DNA of 64,000 nucleotides from Octopus sinensis (GCF_006345805.1 NC_043019.1:25419360-25483359), one strand, 5' to 3'. Positions 38,888 through 52,646 are shown, counted from the stretch's first letter. The notes: generated by a model not told the origin, from the sequence alone. Translations and numbers: made by a program.

Positions 38888-39240
38888 ATTCAAAATGAGC
38901 AACAAGGATATCCAGAGGTAATGCAGTACGATCGTTTCAAGCAACTCCATTTAATTGAACAATGCAACCATTACATCAGTTTAAATGCAGAGCAATCCTC
39001 AGCTAAAATCTCCGGAGATTTTAGGTAAAATTATACTAATGTGTTCATCTACTTTAATTTAATTTAATTCTATGTATTTATGCAGCTGAGGATTGCTCTG
39101 CATTTAAACTGATGTAATAATTGCATGTCCCACCCATGCTAGCATGGAAAGCGGACGTTAAACGATGATGATGAATTAAATGGAGTTGCTTGAAACGATC
39201 GTACTGCATTACCTCTGGATATCCTTGTTGCTTATTTTGA
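38888..39240. mobile_element. Fold-back element with GAAACGATCGTA motif, right arm interrupted by a SINE-tail fragment (about 39127-39173)
   Basis: 38888-39003 is the reverse complement of 39084-39240 apart from the insert. Confidence 0.7.
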
Positions 39241-39380
39241 TTTTAATCACCTTATTTTAAAATTGTATGGATAATACCATACTAAATTGTGGTGTCTCAA
39301 CTTAAGTACAATATTCATCCAAATCTAAATTTTGCTATGCATACATATATATATATAAACGCATACACACACACACACAC

Positions 39381-39411
<31 letters not shown>

Positions 39412-39426
39412 CATACATATACATAC

Positions 39427-39479
<53 letters not shown>

Positions 39480-41192
39480 ACAGACACACACACCACACAC
39501 ATATGCATACACACAGACATACAAACACATATATGTATATAGCATTGATATTATAATAGTATGCATATAGGTCTGTTTATGATTAGTGCCAAACACCTAT
39601 TGTGTAGTTGAACGTTATGTGAACAGAAGTTCATACCTGTTCCTACCTGAACTGTCTTGTTGCTCTTGTCTCCAAAAAAATCAATAATGATCTATTTATT
39701 TCATATTTCCAATTTTACTATTAACAATTTTCGTTGCATTTAACATTTAAGTATTTTTATTGTTCAGATTAATATGACTTGTTTCTTTTAGTACAATATT
39801 TAACAATTTTCTTTTACGTTTTAAACTATCTCAAACAATATTAAAATAATTTTTTTTAATGTTTGAAACTTGCTGTGATATATTGTCATTGATTTTGTTT
39901 CTTTACATGGGTGAATAAACCCTTTATTGCTTACGATTTTATGAGATGTGTGTGTATATGTTTGTGTATTTAGTTTTCCCTCCATGCACAGAAAAATAAA
40001 AATGGACACCTTCCTAACATGTCTTGACTTGTCTCTGATGGCAAAACTTTCTGTGCTGAAAAAAACTAAATATATTTACTTTAGTTCGTATTTCCAAAGC
40101 AAGCAATCTTTACTTTATCATAGATATATCTCCATTACACTTTGCAACACGATTTTTGTCCTTGGGCAGCAACTGTTCTTTCCTATTTGTTTACCCTTAG
40201 AAAGTATGACAAATGGCTAATATTTCCTTCACACTTTGCTTTCAGTTACATTTATTCAAGCTCTCCCCACCCCCACAATCCCTCTCAACACATGGCTATG
40301 ATGCTCCCCAACTACTACTCCTCACGATCAGAGATGCACATATCGTCAGCCACTGAAGGACAAGTGGTTTTAAGTCAAGCAACTGACAAGCAAATCTGTG
40401 ATATTTGCTATAATATTCCTGAACAACTCTGCTGCATCTGTCTGTTAAGGAAAATAGGCCAGTTTCAAAATATTGATATTCAGGTCACAGAAACAAAGTT
40501 TGAAGATAAATAGTAGTAATTTTGTTTGATTTCTAGAAAGAAGCAAACAGGAAATAACACTTACCAAAGACAATAAAAAGTTTGAATTTTGTGTTCGCAG
40601 GGTTGTCTTTGATTCAGATTTTCTGATAAGTATATTCTGTGCTGTGTATAAATACGATATATATATAAGCTGAATAAGAATGTTTCTGTCTATCTGTATT
40701 CTACTTGAAATGTTTTATTGTGTGTGTGTTGTGTAAAGTAAATGAGGATGTCACTTTGTCTCTGTTCTATTTTGACAATGGTTTCTTATTTTTATTTTTG
40801 TATCGAAACAGCAATTTTGTGTCTCATGGTGATCCTTTCATGATTCCTAAAATTCCACCATTCTTAGGGAGTCGATACTTTTTGTCTTTTTGGCAAAACA
40901 AAAACTTGGCTCTCAGACCAATCACTGTGTTATTATGCATGTGTGAGTGTGTGTGGGGGGATAAGGAGGGGTGCATGGTGGCCTTGTGGTTGGGGCGTTG
41001 CTCTCAAACTCGTGAAGTCATCCTTTCAATTCCCAGACTGGCCAATCCATTGTGTTCTTGAGCAAAACACTTCATTTCATGTTCATGATCATTTTGGCAT
41101 CTGCCATGTTGTGTACCATACACCTGTACAGGTAATATTGGTTTGGAGACAGTAAGCTAATCTAAAGCATTAACATATGATCACTCTACAAC

Positions 41193-41775
41193 CAGTGTCT
41201 CTCAACCCTTTTTCATGTATGGCCCTCTTTGGTTCCTATTTGATTCTATTAGACCCTCATATCCTTTAAACGTCTAAAAAAATCTTATGTTTTCATAATT
41301 ATCATATTAGGATAAAGGACTAAGATACCTGGCACCAAAAAGACCCATACTCCACAGCAAAAGTGCAAATCCCCCCCTCTCCGGAGGTGGGGGAAGAGGA
41401 TTAGCCTTCAAGAGTCTTGTGCCAGTGGCACAAAAAAGCACTCGACTCGTACTGGTGCCACATAAAAGCACCGAGTACATTCTGTGAAGTGGTTGGCATT
41501 AGGAAAAGCATCCAGCCACAGGAACCATGTCAGATCAGACTGGGGCCTGGTGCAGCTCCCTGGCTTGCCGGCTCTGGTCAAACCATCCAGCCTATGGACA
41601 ATAGATATTAAATAATGATGATGATGATGATGATTAAGAGTTATATTTTTTTTAAATTGGGAAAATTTTTTGTGCCTTGTAGAAATCTAACCAATTTATT
41701 GCGCCTGAATTTTAAAAGAAGCAAAATCGTATACAGAGCCCCTAGGGTCACGTGGACCCTCGTTGCGAAACACTG
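41193..41775. mobile_element. hAT-like MITE with nested SINE (about 41320-41635)
   Basis: CAGTGTCTCTCAACC...CGTTGCGAAACACTG ends, degenerate about 8-bp flanking repeat. Confidence 0.6.
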
Positions 41776-42350
41776 GTCTAAACAAATCATCTGTACAGGC
41801 TACTCAGCAAGAAATTCCACAACCCTCACCGGTCATCTGCAACACAGGAGTCCACCATGCATGTGTGTGTGTGTGTGTGTGAGGATACATATGCACAATT
41901 TTTGCTGCCAAATATTCTTGCCCTTACTTGCTCACCATAAATTTCAACCTAATTTTTCCCTCTAGTGGCACCAAGTACCAATATCTACCAATGTCAAGGT
42001 TTTAAAGATGCAGTCTTCACCTTCCACATCTTTTCCTCTTATGAATCATCTCTGCCTCATCAACAAATCATTTTTAATCCTGTTTCTTTTTCCTGTCAGC
42101 TTTTTTATATTTCTTTTATTATTATCATTATTATATGTATTTTTTTTTATATATTGTCTTTAATTTATTATATTTTATTTGTTGCTCAGTTGAAATCTTT
42201 TTCTTTTTTTATTTTTGTTCCCTTGTGTTTTGTGTATGTTTTCTTATTTTATTCAGTAAGAATAATAAAAAAAAAAGTCTTAAAAAATTCCAAAATATTT
42301 ACTGTCGCTTCATCTGTTTATTTTATTCCATTTTCCCTGTCCATATCCAG

Positions 42351-42971
42351 TGATAGCACTGTCAGGAAATGTGATTCCAAGAGATGGAAAAATCGCCAAC
42401 AATCAGACACTGCACTTATTGACCCTTCCTCTAACTCCCCTGGTGGCACACCTTGCCCAGTTGTCAGCTCAGCCGATTCTAGTGTTACAATGACAACAAC
42501 CATTAATACTACAGCCACCACCACCACCACCTCTACAACCAGCACTGCTACCACTACCACCAATACCACTGCCATCACCGCTACCACCAATACCACTGCC
42601 ACCGCTGCTACCACTGCTTCTGCCACCACCACCACTACCACCACCACAGCTTCTGATGCCACCTCTTCAAGTTCCTCTGTAAATGTCGCTTGTAATCAGA
42701 ACCCTTTTACTTCCTTACCTGAAGTCGTAACAGTGAGTGAGTCCTTGACCAAGGTAGCCGTGCCCATCCCTGAGATTCAGTTGAACAGTGTCACTGTAGC
42801 TGTCACATCGCCCTCTTGGACTGTCCAGGATCCAGTCGTGAGTGCAGACGATGAGAAAGCTACTTTGCTTCCCTCCCCCACCTGTTCACTCCCGGCCTCA
42901 CCTACCAGCCTCTCTTCGGACACCAGCCTCCCCACAGAACCCAACAGCACAGCTGACCCAAACCTCTTCAG
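42351..42971 (+). CDS. Spn/PPP1R9: Neurabin 621-nt Thr/Ser/Pro-rich exon (S-DSTVRKCDSKRWKNRQQ...TTTTT...PTEPNSTADPNLF)
   Basis: ttttccctgtccatatccag acceptor, GTAGGC donor, phase 2-2. It is the GC-richer 3' part of ORF 41965..42975. Confidence 0.82.
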
Positions 42972-44489
42972 GTAGGCTTCATAGATTTCTGTCATCAATT
43001 TCATCTGGATAGCCATTGTCCAAACTGAATGCTGGACAGAACTTGGTTCCTGCTAACAAATTAAATAACAGCTGAAAACACCCACCACTCCCCACTCTCT
43101 CTCTCTCTCTCTCACTCCTTCTTTGCATCAAAAGTGAGTTGTTATCTAACCAAATTTTCTCTCGTCCTGCATGATACCTGCATTGTTATAAAATGTTTGC
43201 ATTGTATGTGTTTATTGTTTCATTATTCCTTCAATAATAATAATAATGGTTTGAAATATTAGCACAAGGCCAAGGAATTTCGGGGTTCAGGTTTAATTGA
43301 TTATATCAACCTTAATACTTGGCTAGAATTTTATTTTATTGACCCTTGAAAGGATGTAAAGTAAGGTTAACTTTGATAGGATTTTAAAACTCAAAATGTA
43401 AAGAGCTGGATGAAATGCTGCCAAGCATTTTGTCAGACATGTTAACCCTCTCAGACCTGGGCCCTTGTGCCTAACTTTACCCTCCACTTCGGCCCCTAAG
43501 CAAAAAAAATAAATAAATACAGTAATGCTTCGATGTATGAGTTAATATGTTCCTCGACACTGCTTGTAAAGTAAAAACTCATAAAGCAGAGCAATAATTT
43601 CTCATAGTAGCGATGAAATTTTATGCCATCATTTTACTCCGTTGTTGTGTAGATGTGTCAGAACTAGTGTTGCCACATGTTGTGATGTTGCCACACACAA
43701 AATGGCTGTTTAACCTTTTTATATGTATTATAAAATTAAACTTTTAAATACATAAATTAGGTCTGGACTAGAACTTACATGAAAATGTAAAAGGGAAGAA
43801 ATTTTTATAGAAAAAAACTGCTTGTGGTGTTAAACTATGGACCTGTATGTTTTGAGTTCAAATTCCATTCAGGTCTGTTTTTCTCTTTTCCTCCTTCCTG
43901 GGGTGGGGGAGGGGGGCGTCAATAAATAAAACAAAAAGCAGTCAGTCAATTACTCTTTTACTTCTTTCAGTCATTTGACTGCAGCCATGCTGGAGCACCA
44001 CCTTTATTCAAACAATTCGACCCAAGGACTTATTCTTTGTAAGCCTGGTGCTTATGGTCTATGTTGCCAAACTGCTAAGTTACAGGGATGTAAACACACC
44101 AGCATCTGTTGTCAAGTGATGTTGGTGATGGTGGTGGTGGGGGGACAAACAAACAAGCACAACCAAATCCACTCACAAGGCTTTGGTTGGCCTGAGGCTA
44201 TAGTAGAAGACACTTGCCCAAGGTGCCACGCAGTGGGACTGAACCCGGAACCATATGGTTGGTAAGCAAGCTACTTACCACACAGCCACTCTGTGCCTAT
44301 ATATATATATATACAAATTGAGATAGGGGTTGTAAATGCAACCCTCCATGGGATAACATATATCCAATATACTGCTAGTGAAGTACCCAACAAGGTTAAT
44401 ACATAAATGTTAAGGATTGCAATGCAATCAATTCATTTACTGTATTATATGGGCAAAGGTAAAATGATTTACCACAATTACTAATACAA

Positions 44490-44970
44490 GATAAGAAAAT
44501 GGAGAAATACATCTAAATCAAATATCAATTACCAGATAATACTCAATCACATACTTTATTAAACCACCACATAAGAGACTGTAGGGTTAAACATAAAAAA
44601 AGCAGAACAAATCAGTGTACATAAAGGAACGTACATAAAAAAGTGTACATAAAAGAGTAATGTTGTATAATAAGTAGAATATATATAAAAAAGAGAATAT
44701 AAATATATGTAAATATAGATATAAGTATAGATTTAAATCTTAATCTATACTTATATTTATATTCTCTTTTTATATATTCTACTTATTATACAACATTACT
44801 CTTTTATGTACACTTTTTTATGTACATTCCTTTATGTACACTGATTTGTTCTGCTTTTTTATGTTTAACCCTACAGTCTCTTATGTGGTGGTTTAATAAA
44901 GTATGTGATTGAGTATTATCTGATAATTGATATTTGATTTAGATGTATTTCTCCATTTTCTTATCTTGTA
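44490..44970. repeat. AT-rich fold-back, arms about 240 bp
   Basis: acaagataagaaaatggagaaatac...gtatttctccattttcttatcttgt, centre near 44735, followed by (AT)n. Confidence 0.85.
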
Positions 44971-44977
44971 TATATAT

Positions 44978-45013
<36 letters not shown>

Positions 45014-46026
45014 ATTTTGTAATGTACAATCTTAGTGTTTACATCTAAACAATTGAAAATTACATTCTCAAAATCATAAGGGGGCCTCAAATATATTGAC
45101 TCAAAGTGTTCATTGTATCTAAATCTGACCCTGGTTCTACTGGAGTGGACATTTACATTTCAGTCTGTAATTGTCACATTTCTGATCCCCCAATATCTGA
45201 CCATGGTCCATGTAATAAGCTAGTTGGAATAAATACCTTGTCTTGGATCTTTTGGTTTTGAGTTCAAGTGTTGGCAGAATTGTTACAACTCCAGACAAAA
45301 TGGTTAGCAGCATTTCTTCTAGTTTTATGTTCTGGGTTCAAATTCTGCCAAAATCAACTTATCCTTTCACCCTTTTGGGTTTGATAAAATAATTACCAAT
45401 TAAGCACAGGGTTGATGTAATTGAGTAGCCCCTGCCTCCCACTTAATTTCAGGCCTTGTCACTATAATAGAAAGGATTATTATTATTATTATTATTATAA
45501 TTAACATCGTCATCATCATCATCATTGTCATCATCATTATCATCATTACTTTGGCAGTACTTATAGTAATATTGTTATCAACACTGAGATTTAAAAAAAT
45601 TTAAGATTGTAATGGTTACCAACAGAAATGGATAATATAGTGGATGTTTTACATCCAGTATTCCACCCTTCCAGTCTCTGGGTTGCCTTCAGCTTGTATT
45701 TCATTTAGCTATGGTTTAAATAAGTACCAGTAATATACTGGGCTTTGAATTTAGTTTAAGAAAAAAATATTTACTTGGTTCTATTGCTCATTCAGAAAAA
45801 TAATTTTTATGTGATCAACCCTTGTCTATCTTGGTTAAGCAGACTTATGATCTACAATACTCCATCCTTGACCATCCTGTCTATTTTAGGTATAGAGCTT
45901 CCATATACAACTTGTTTTTCATTGTCCATGGCTCCTTGGGCAAGTATCTTCTGCTGTAGCCCCAGACTAACCAATGCCTTGCTAGGGAATTAGATGAAAA
46001 CTGTGTAGAAACCTATCATAATATAT

Positions 46027-46060
<34 letters not shown>

Positions 46061-46063
<3 letters not shown>

Positions 46064-46382
46064 TCTTTACTACCCACAAGGGGCTAAACATAGAGGGGAC
46101 AAACAAGGACTGACAAAGGGATTAAGTCGATTACATCGACCAGTGCGAAACTGGTACTTTATTTATCGACCCCGAGAGGATGAAAGGCAAAGTTGACCTC
46201 GGTGGAATTTGAACTCTGTCGTTATGTTCTGAGTTCAAATTCCACCAAGGTCGACTTTGCCTTTCATCCTCTCGGGGTGATAAATAAAGTACCAGTTTCG
46301 CACTGGGTCGATGTAATCGACTTAATCCCTTTGTCTGTCTTTGTTTGTCCCCTCTGTGTTTAGCCCCTTGTGGGTAGTAAAG

Positions 46383-46386
<4 letters not shown>
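46061..46386. mobile_element. Head-to-head fold-back pair of 5'-truncated SINEs between (AT)n tracts
   Basis: 46061-46216 is the near-perfect reverse complement of 46231-46386. Confidence 0.85.
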
Positions 46387-46420
<34 letters not shown>

Positions 46421-49400
46421 CAAGAAGAGTGATATGAATATCCAGGCAGATAACACGTTACTCTATGTAAAGTGCCAAGGCCAGTTTGTTCCGATGGTCT
46501 GTTTTAAGGCATATTTCCGAAAAACTACCATCCGATGTTACGGTTTATTTCCTGGCTAATAAGAGTGTAAAATTATAATACTAATAATAAGGAAAACAAA
46601 GAATTTGAACATTTAAACTTTCAGAGTTATTCTCCGACATGTGTTTCATTTTATATCAATTGCAAATAGCTGCATATTAATATGCAGAGACTTATGCATA
46701 ATGTGTATGACCTCTTCAGGGTGAATGAATGTCATTGTTCAAGGAGTAATTCTCCCTATTATTAGTATGAATCGGGCTTAGTAGTGGTAGTAGTAAATCA
46801 TGTTGTTCAATAATGTGTTGCTATTCACAAGTGATTGTTTGTGCAGTCTTTGTTGACAAATTTTACTGGACCGTTGGTTATAAATAACCGAGTGGTTATT
46901 TGTAGAACACTTCTCCTCTAATTTATTCTACTTTTCTTATAGTTTTGTGATATTTTAAATAGATTTCAGACTTTGTTGTTCTATTTAAATTGTGATGGAA
47001 ATAGTCGTGGGTGATTACAGGTCAGTGGGCACCATGTGGTTAATAAAATGAAATAGTTAATTGTAAATTTTATAAACTTTTTCAATTTCATTACTATTAT
47101 TGTTCTAAAGAGTTAGATGCCTAGAATTACATGGTTCTTGCATTCTATTATTTGTATTTTTAGAATATTGGGTTGGGGGACAAATGCAGACACAAACACA
47201 CACACACACACATATACAATGGGCTTCTTTCAGTTTCCGTCTACCAAATCCACTCACAAAGCTTTGGTCGGTCCAAGGCTATAGTAGAAGACACTTGCCC
47301 AAGATGCCATACAGTGAGACAGAACCCAGAACCATGTGGTTGGTAAGCAAGTTACTTACCACACAGCCATTTCTCCTATTAGAGATTCTTCAGACAGAGA
47401 ATCAAATAATATATCGGTATATGTATTAATTAAACTTTTACAAGAAGAAAATTAATAGTGACATTGAAGTTTCAACCTGCCTTCCTTAATGGGACTGTGT
47501 ACTCTACTAAGAATGTACTCCACTAAAAAGTATTGAGCAATTCTTCTGTTTAATACTAAATTGTTTTTATATATAACTTGACATGAAAACGTTTCTATAT
47601 CTATATATGTATGTGTGTTTACCTTCAGCATGACATTGTTTGACTAAAATGATATGTTATTCACATCCTCTGTGAAAAAATATATATATATGTGCAGTGC
47701 AATTTAAATCTTAAATTGTGTCTGGAAAACTCACAAGTGTATTTCCATTCATGTATTGTAATTGTAGTTTTTGTTAAGCAATCTGGGTTTGAGCATTAGA
47801 CATAGTATACGTGGGAAACAAGAACAATAGAACAATAAAACATGGGAGGATATTGTGTTTTAAACCATTTTACCTCAGTTTCACATTAACATAAAGTGAT
47901 TATTAATAGCATAATGCAAATCCCATTACAGGCATTCTTCTCTCTCTCTCATTTTCTCTCTCTTTCATTGGAGTAGCCGTGTACCTCTTCTGCTGCAAGA
48001 CACCGGTTTCTGTCCCTCTGTTCATACCCTAACCTCTCATCAATTGGCACAAATTGAAACCTTATCCCCCCACATGCTACTCCCACCTTGCAGTTGAAGT
48101 TGGGGGTATTTTGCAAGTTACTTGTTGACCTCACTGCTGCTGATGCCTCATAAAAAGCACCAAGTACACTCTGTAGAGTGGTTGGCATCAGGAAGAGCAT
48201 CCAGCTGTAGATACTATGCCAAAGCAGACAGTAGAGCTCTGGTGCAGTCTTCTGGGTGCAAAAGCAACAGATGCTGAAATGGTATCATTGGAAACCAGCA
48301 TTTTGTTTATACACCATGACTCCAGACAGGCAGATTTCACCTTGTTTTGGAAATGATATGGTTACATGACATGGAGGAATTCCAAAAATGGTGAAATATG
48401 CATTGCATCTGTTACTCTTGCAGTTGTGTGCAGTGTGTTTTCAATTCTTACTTTTTAATACAAAATGTCTATAAAGAGATTGTTTCCTTGATGAAGTCTT
48501 CAGCTTCTGGACTTTTAACAATACACATACGTTAACTCTCTCTCTTTCTCTTTCCTCTCTACTATGTAATGTGGTGAATTAGTTGACTTAAATTTTCTAC
48601 CTTTCCTCTCTCTTTGTTTAAAATCACCTGAAGACGGCAGATTTTTGTCATAATGTATTCTAAGAATTCATCAAAAACTGCTGTTGAAACAGCTGTTGTG
48701 AATTTTATACCCCATTTCTGTTGTTCTTTGCTATATATATGTCTACACACACCACACACACAGATGCTCGCAATGTTTCACCAAAAAGGAAAACTTAATC
48801 ATCACTAAATGTGACTAGGGTGTTAGGAACACCTACATTGCTAGAAATAAGAGCTAAAAAGCTCTAATGCTGTAGTCAAAGCACATAATTGTATACATAT
48901 ACACTGACAGGGCCTGTAACTGTCTGAAAACACCATGAGGGATCAATGCTAAGATGTGCTGAAACAATTGTAGTGATTAATAAAAATTCTTGTTTCTTCC
49001 ATCTACCATATATATATGTATGTATGTTTGTATATATTTGATTGAAAGGCATTTATATAAAGAATGCAGCATATCAAAATATTCTTACTTTGACTATTCA
49101 TGTTTCATTAATATTTCTAGTTTAACAACACATCAAATATTGATCTGCATGGGATTGCCTGATGATTTGGGAGATTATTGTATTGTAATGTATTGCATAG
49201 TCTTATAAATGTTGCACCCCTTACAGAACTGAATGTATAATGCTATGTTAGAATAAAATCTCTTAATGAAAACATCATAGTGAGACTATATAATCTATTT
49301 ATCTGTTTTCATAATATATATATATGTGTGTGTGTGTATATATATATATGTGTGCATATGTTGCTTATTTGATAGTGAAATGTATATAGAGGAATTGTGA

Positions 49401-49445
49401 GTGCCAATGTAACTATCTTTTTTTACCATTTTGTTTCCATTTTAG

Positions 49446-49502
49446 ATTTGTCAACCTTGCGTACTGCGTCAATAGTCAGTCTGACTCGTTTGATGATGTC
49501 AG
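49446..49502 (+). CDS. Spn/PPP1R9: Neurabin 57-nt exon (R-FVNLAYCVNSQSDSFDDV)
   Basis: ttttgtttccattttag acceptor, GTAGTG donor, phase 2-2, open frame. Confidence 0.68.
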
Positions 49503-49602
49503 GTAGTGTTCATGAGCACCTGTGAATCTGTTGTTAATATACATCCGTCCATTCATGAATGTTTACATACGTATATGTATATATATATATATATATATAT
49601 AG

Positions 49603-49831
49603 GAAGGTGGCGAGCTGGCAGAAACGTTAGCACACCGGGCGAAATGCATTGCCGTATTTCGTCTGCCGTTATGTTCCAAGTTCAAATTCCGCTGAGGTTG
49701 ACTTTGCCTTTCATCCTTCCGGGTCAATAAATTAAGTACCAGTTACGCACTGGGGTCGATGTAATCGACTTAATCTCTTGTCTGTCCTTGTTTGTCTCCT
49801 CTGTGTTTAGCCCCTTGTGAGTGTAAAGAAA
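49603..49831 (+). mobile_element. Full-length SINE (gtttagccccttgtg tail subfamily) within (AT)n
   Basis: aggtggcgagctggcagaaacgttagc...gtttagccccttgtgagtgtaaagaaat. Relatives at 9771-9998 and 26235-26445. Confidence 0.85.
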
Positions 49832-50341
49832 TATATATATATAATATATAATAATATTATATATAACACATATATACAGAGAGAGAGAGAGAGAGAATGA
49901 AGTGGTGTACAGATATTGTATGTTGAGAAAAAAAGTGGCAGTCAGAATTTTAGATAATTATATAAACGTATATATATATACATACATATTTACAGATACA
50001 CAGCCATTGCGTGTGTGTATGCATATACGTATATATAAATAATAATATATACATACATATTCACACACACACACACAGCCATTGTATGTGTGTGTGTGTG
50101 TGTGCATATACGTACATATATATATATACCCATATGTATGTATATGCGTACACATGTGTATATATATGTGTGTGTATGCAATATAATATGTATATATATA
50201 ATATATATGTGTGTGTGTGTTGCATATATATATATATGTATATATGTATGCATATATATAATATATATATACATATATATGGTATGCATATATATATATA
50301 TATTATATATATACATATATATATATATGTATATATGTGTA

Positions 50342-50377
<36 letters not shown>

Positions 50378-50447
50378 GTATATATGTGTATGATATATAT
50401 ATATATATATATATAACATATATATATATATGTATATATGTGTATGC

Positions 50448-50480
<33 letters not shown>

Positions 50481-50500
50481 TTATATATGTATTATGTGTA

Positions 50501-50538
<38 letters not shown>

Positions 50539-50570
50539 TGTATGTATGTATATGTGTGTATGCATATATT
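49830..50570. repeat. Long compound (AT)n/(GT)n microsatellite
   Basis: Visible directly. It is the source of several spurious IYIY ORFs. Confidence 0.95.
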
Positions 50571-50670
50571 ATTATTAATAAATTTCAGGATGGCAAAAAA
50601 TTATTTAGAAATTTTTTACTACCAGTGGCCTAGTGCATAGAAAAACTAGTCAATAGACTATATATTATTC

Positions 50671-50845
50671 ATATAAATAGAGTGTACGTTTAAACACATA
50701 AGAGATGGCCATAAAAGGACATCTAACCCACTAGAAGGAGTAGTGGTTTGGATCTTAACTACTTCTTCTAGCGGGTAAGATGTCCTATTATGGCCATCCC
50801 TTATGTGTTTAGGGTTAGGTTAGTGTTTAAATGTACACTATTTAT
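50671..50845. repeat. Small fold-back/MITE-like element containing a TTAGGG-like tract
   Basis: Arms atagagtgtacgtttaaacac...gtgtttaaatgtacactatt. tttagggttaggttag lies in the right arm. Confidence 0.7.
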
Positions 50846-51857
50846 ATGTGTATACATATATAAATGTGTGTGTGTGTATGTACGTGTATGCATATATGTG
50901 TGTATGTATGTATGTGTGTGCATATATATGTATGTGTTTAAATGTGTGTGTATGTATGTACATATGTTGTATGTTCTCCATTTCAGGTTATTTTCCTTGC
51001 ATGCCCATCACATACAAGTGCATCATTCTTTAGATTTCACATAGTTTGACTCTTGTTTCTTTCTGTTTTCTTAATCTGCACCTTGTATGAAATATCCTTT
51101 TCCTTTTTCACCATTACTTTTCGTCTTTACTAATCAATCACAAGTCTATATACTTAACATATTCAGGTCTTAAGTTGTATATATATATTTATATAAATTA
51201 AAGTATGCAGTATTAAAGATCCATTTCAGCTGATCTTAACAATTGGTATACCTGTTATCTCTGAAGAGCAGGTGGTGTTAGTTAACCACCCTATTATCTA
51301 ATACCCAACATGAAACTAATTGGTAAGATTGGCTGAGATGGATTTGTTATACTGTAGATTTTGATTAAATTACTCTGTTGATAAGTACACAAGTGTATAT
51401 TCTTTCTGACTTACAGATACTATATTTATTTGTATTTATATAGATATCGTTGCTATTATGTTAAATTGTCGTATGTCCAAATTTGGCCAAATGTTTTTTT
51501 TTTTTTTTAATATTTACTTGTGTTGGCAATAGCCGGTTCCTTTGGTCAAACTATCATCTCTCCAGCTGCTTCAGATGCCAAGATATCAAAAATTGTCAAA
51601 GTGTAGTGCAATACCTTTTGCTACAGAATGGTGAAACGATTTTTTTCATTTTCTGAAAAAGCAATGTTTTGGACTTATGACACTTCTGCATAACAGCAAC
51701 GATATATAGTTATGTGTGTGTGTGTATACACACACACACATGAACTGGTATTAAATGGTGATGATATATTTATGAATGTATATTTTATATTTTTACTGGT
51801 TCTTGTTAATTTGTTATATCCATGCTGAGGTATCATTTCATGTGTGTGTCTGTATAT

Positions 51858-52355
51858 TATGTGGTTGGACAAAATAATGGAAACACCTCAAAATTTCAAA
51901 TTTATTTTAATATGAGGTAGGACCACCTTTGGCAGTAATTACAGCTTGAATTCTATGGGGTATGGACTCGTACACAGTTTGAATTGTTTCCAAAGGAATT
52001 TTTGTCTATTCTTCAGCTAAGACAGTCTCCAGCTCTTGTAGTGATGATGGTGGAGGATATCAACTCCTTACTTGTTTTTCTAAAATGCACCATAAATGTT
52101 GAATAATATTGAGTTCTGGGGACTGTGGTGGCCAGATAAGATGCTCAACTTCACTAGAATGTTCCTCGTGCCATTCAGTTACAACTTTAGCTGTGTGAAT
52201 TGGTGCATTATCATCCTGAAAGATTGTGTTTCGCTCAGAAACAGTTCCTCAAACATAGGATGCATTTGATCAGATAAAATGCTTAAATAGTCTTGGCTAT
52301 TAATTCTGCCATGAAGGGAAACCATTGGGCTGTCAGATTTCCAAGATGTAGACCC
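51858..52355 (-). mobile_element. Tc1 (DD34E) transposon 3' relic
   Basis: Minus strand IFQDDNAPIHTAKVVTEWHEEHSSEVEHLIWPPQSPELNIIQHLWCILEKQV...GGPTSY. TIR-like gtggttggacaaaataatggaaacacc at the left end. Confidence 0.82.
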
Positions 52356-52631
52356 CCCCCCCAATAATCCCTAGCCTTGGAAAACAATTCCTCATGTAGG
52401 TGTCCATGTGTGAACATGTTTTTATGCACACGTTTCATTTCATGATGCATATTCATATTTAGGTAATGTTTGTATGGTTAAATTAATTGCTCTAATTACT
52501 CATTAATTTGTGTGTATACATCATCATCATCATCATTTAATGTCCGCTTTCCATGCTAGCACGGGTTGGACGTTCGTTGTATTAAAGAGCAAAACAAATA
52601 AATTTATATAGTGGTTGTGTATGTATGCATG

Positions 52632-52646
<15 letters not shown>

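Noticed and set aside
41965-42350. 5' half of the 336-aa ORF
   Set aside because: T-rich intron that happens to lack stops. The exon starts at the acceptor before 42351.
44490-44970. Search for a hammerhead in this fold-back and in the 52700-53000 fold-back
   Set aside because: No core/GAAA combination found, only a GAGACTGTA remnant, so none is claimed.
50987-51044. Acceptor giving RLFSLHAHHIQVHHSLDFT-stop
   Set aside because: No donor, homology or poly(A) support.
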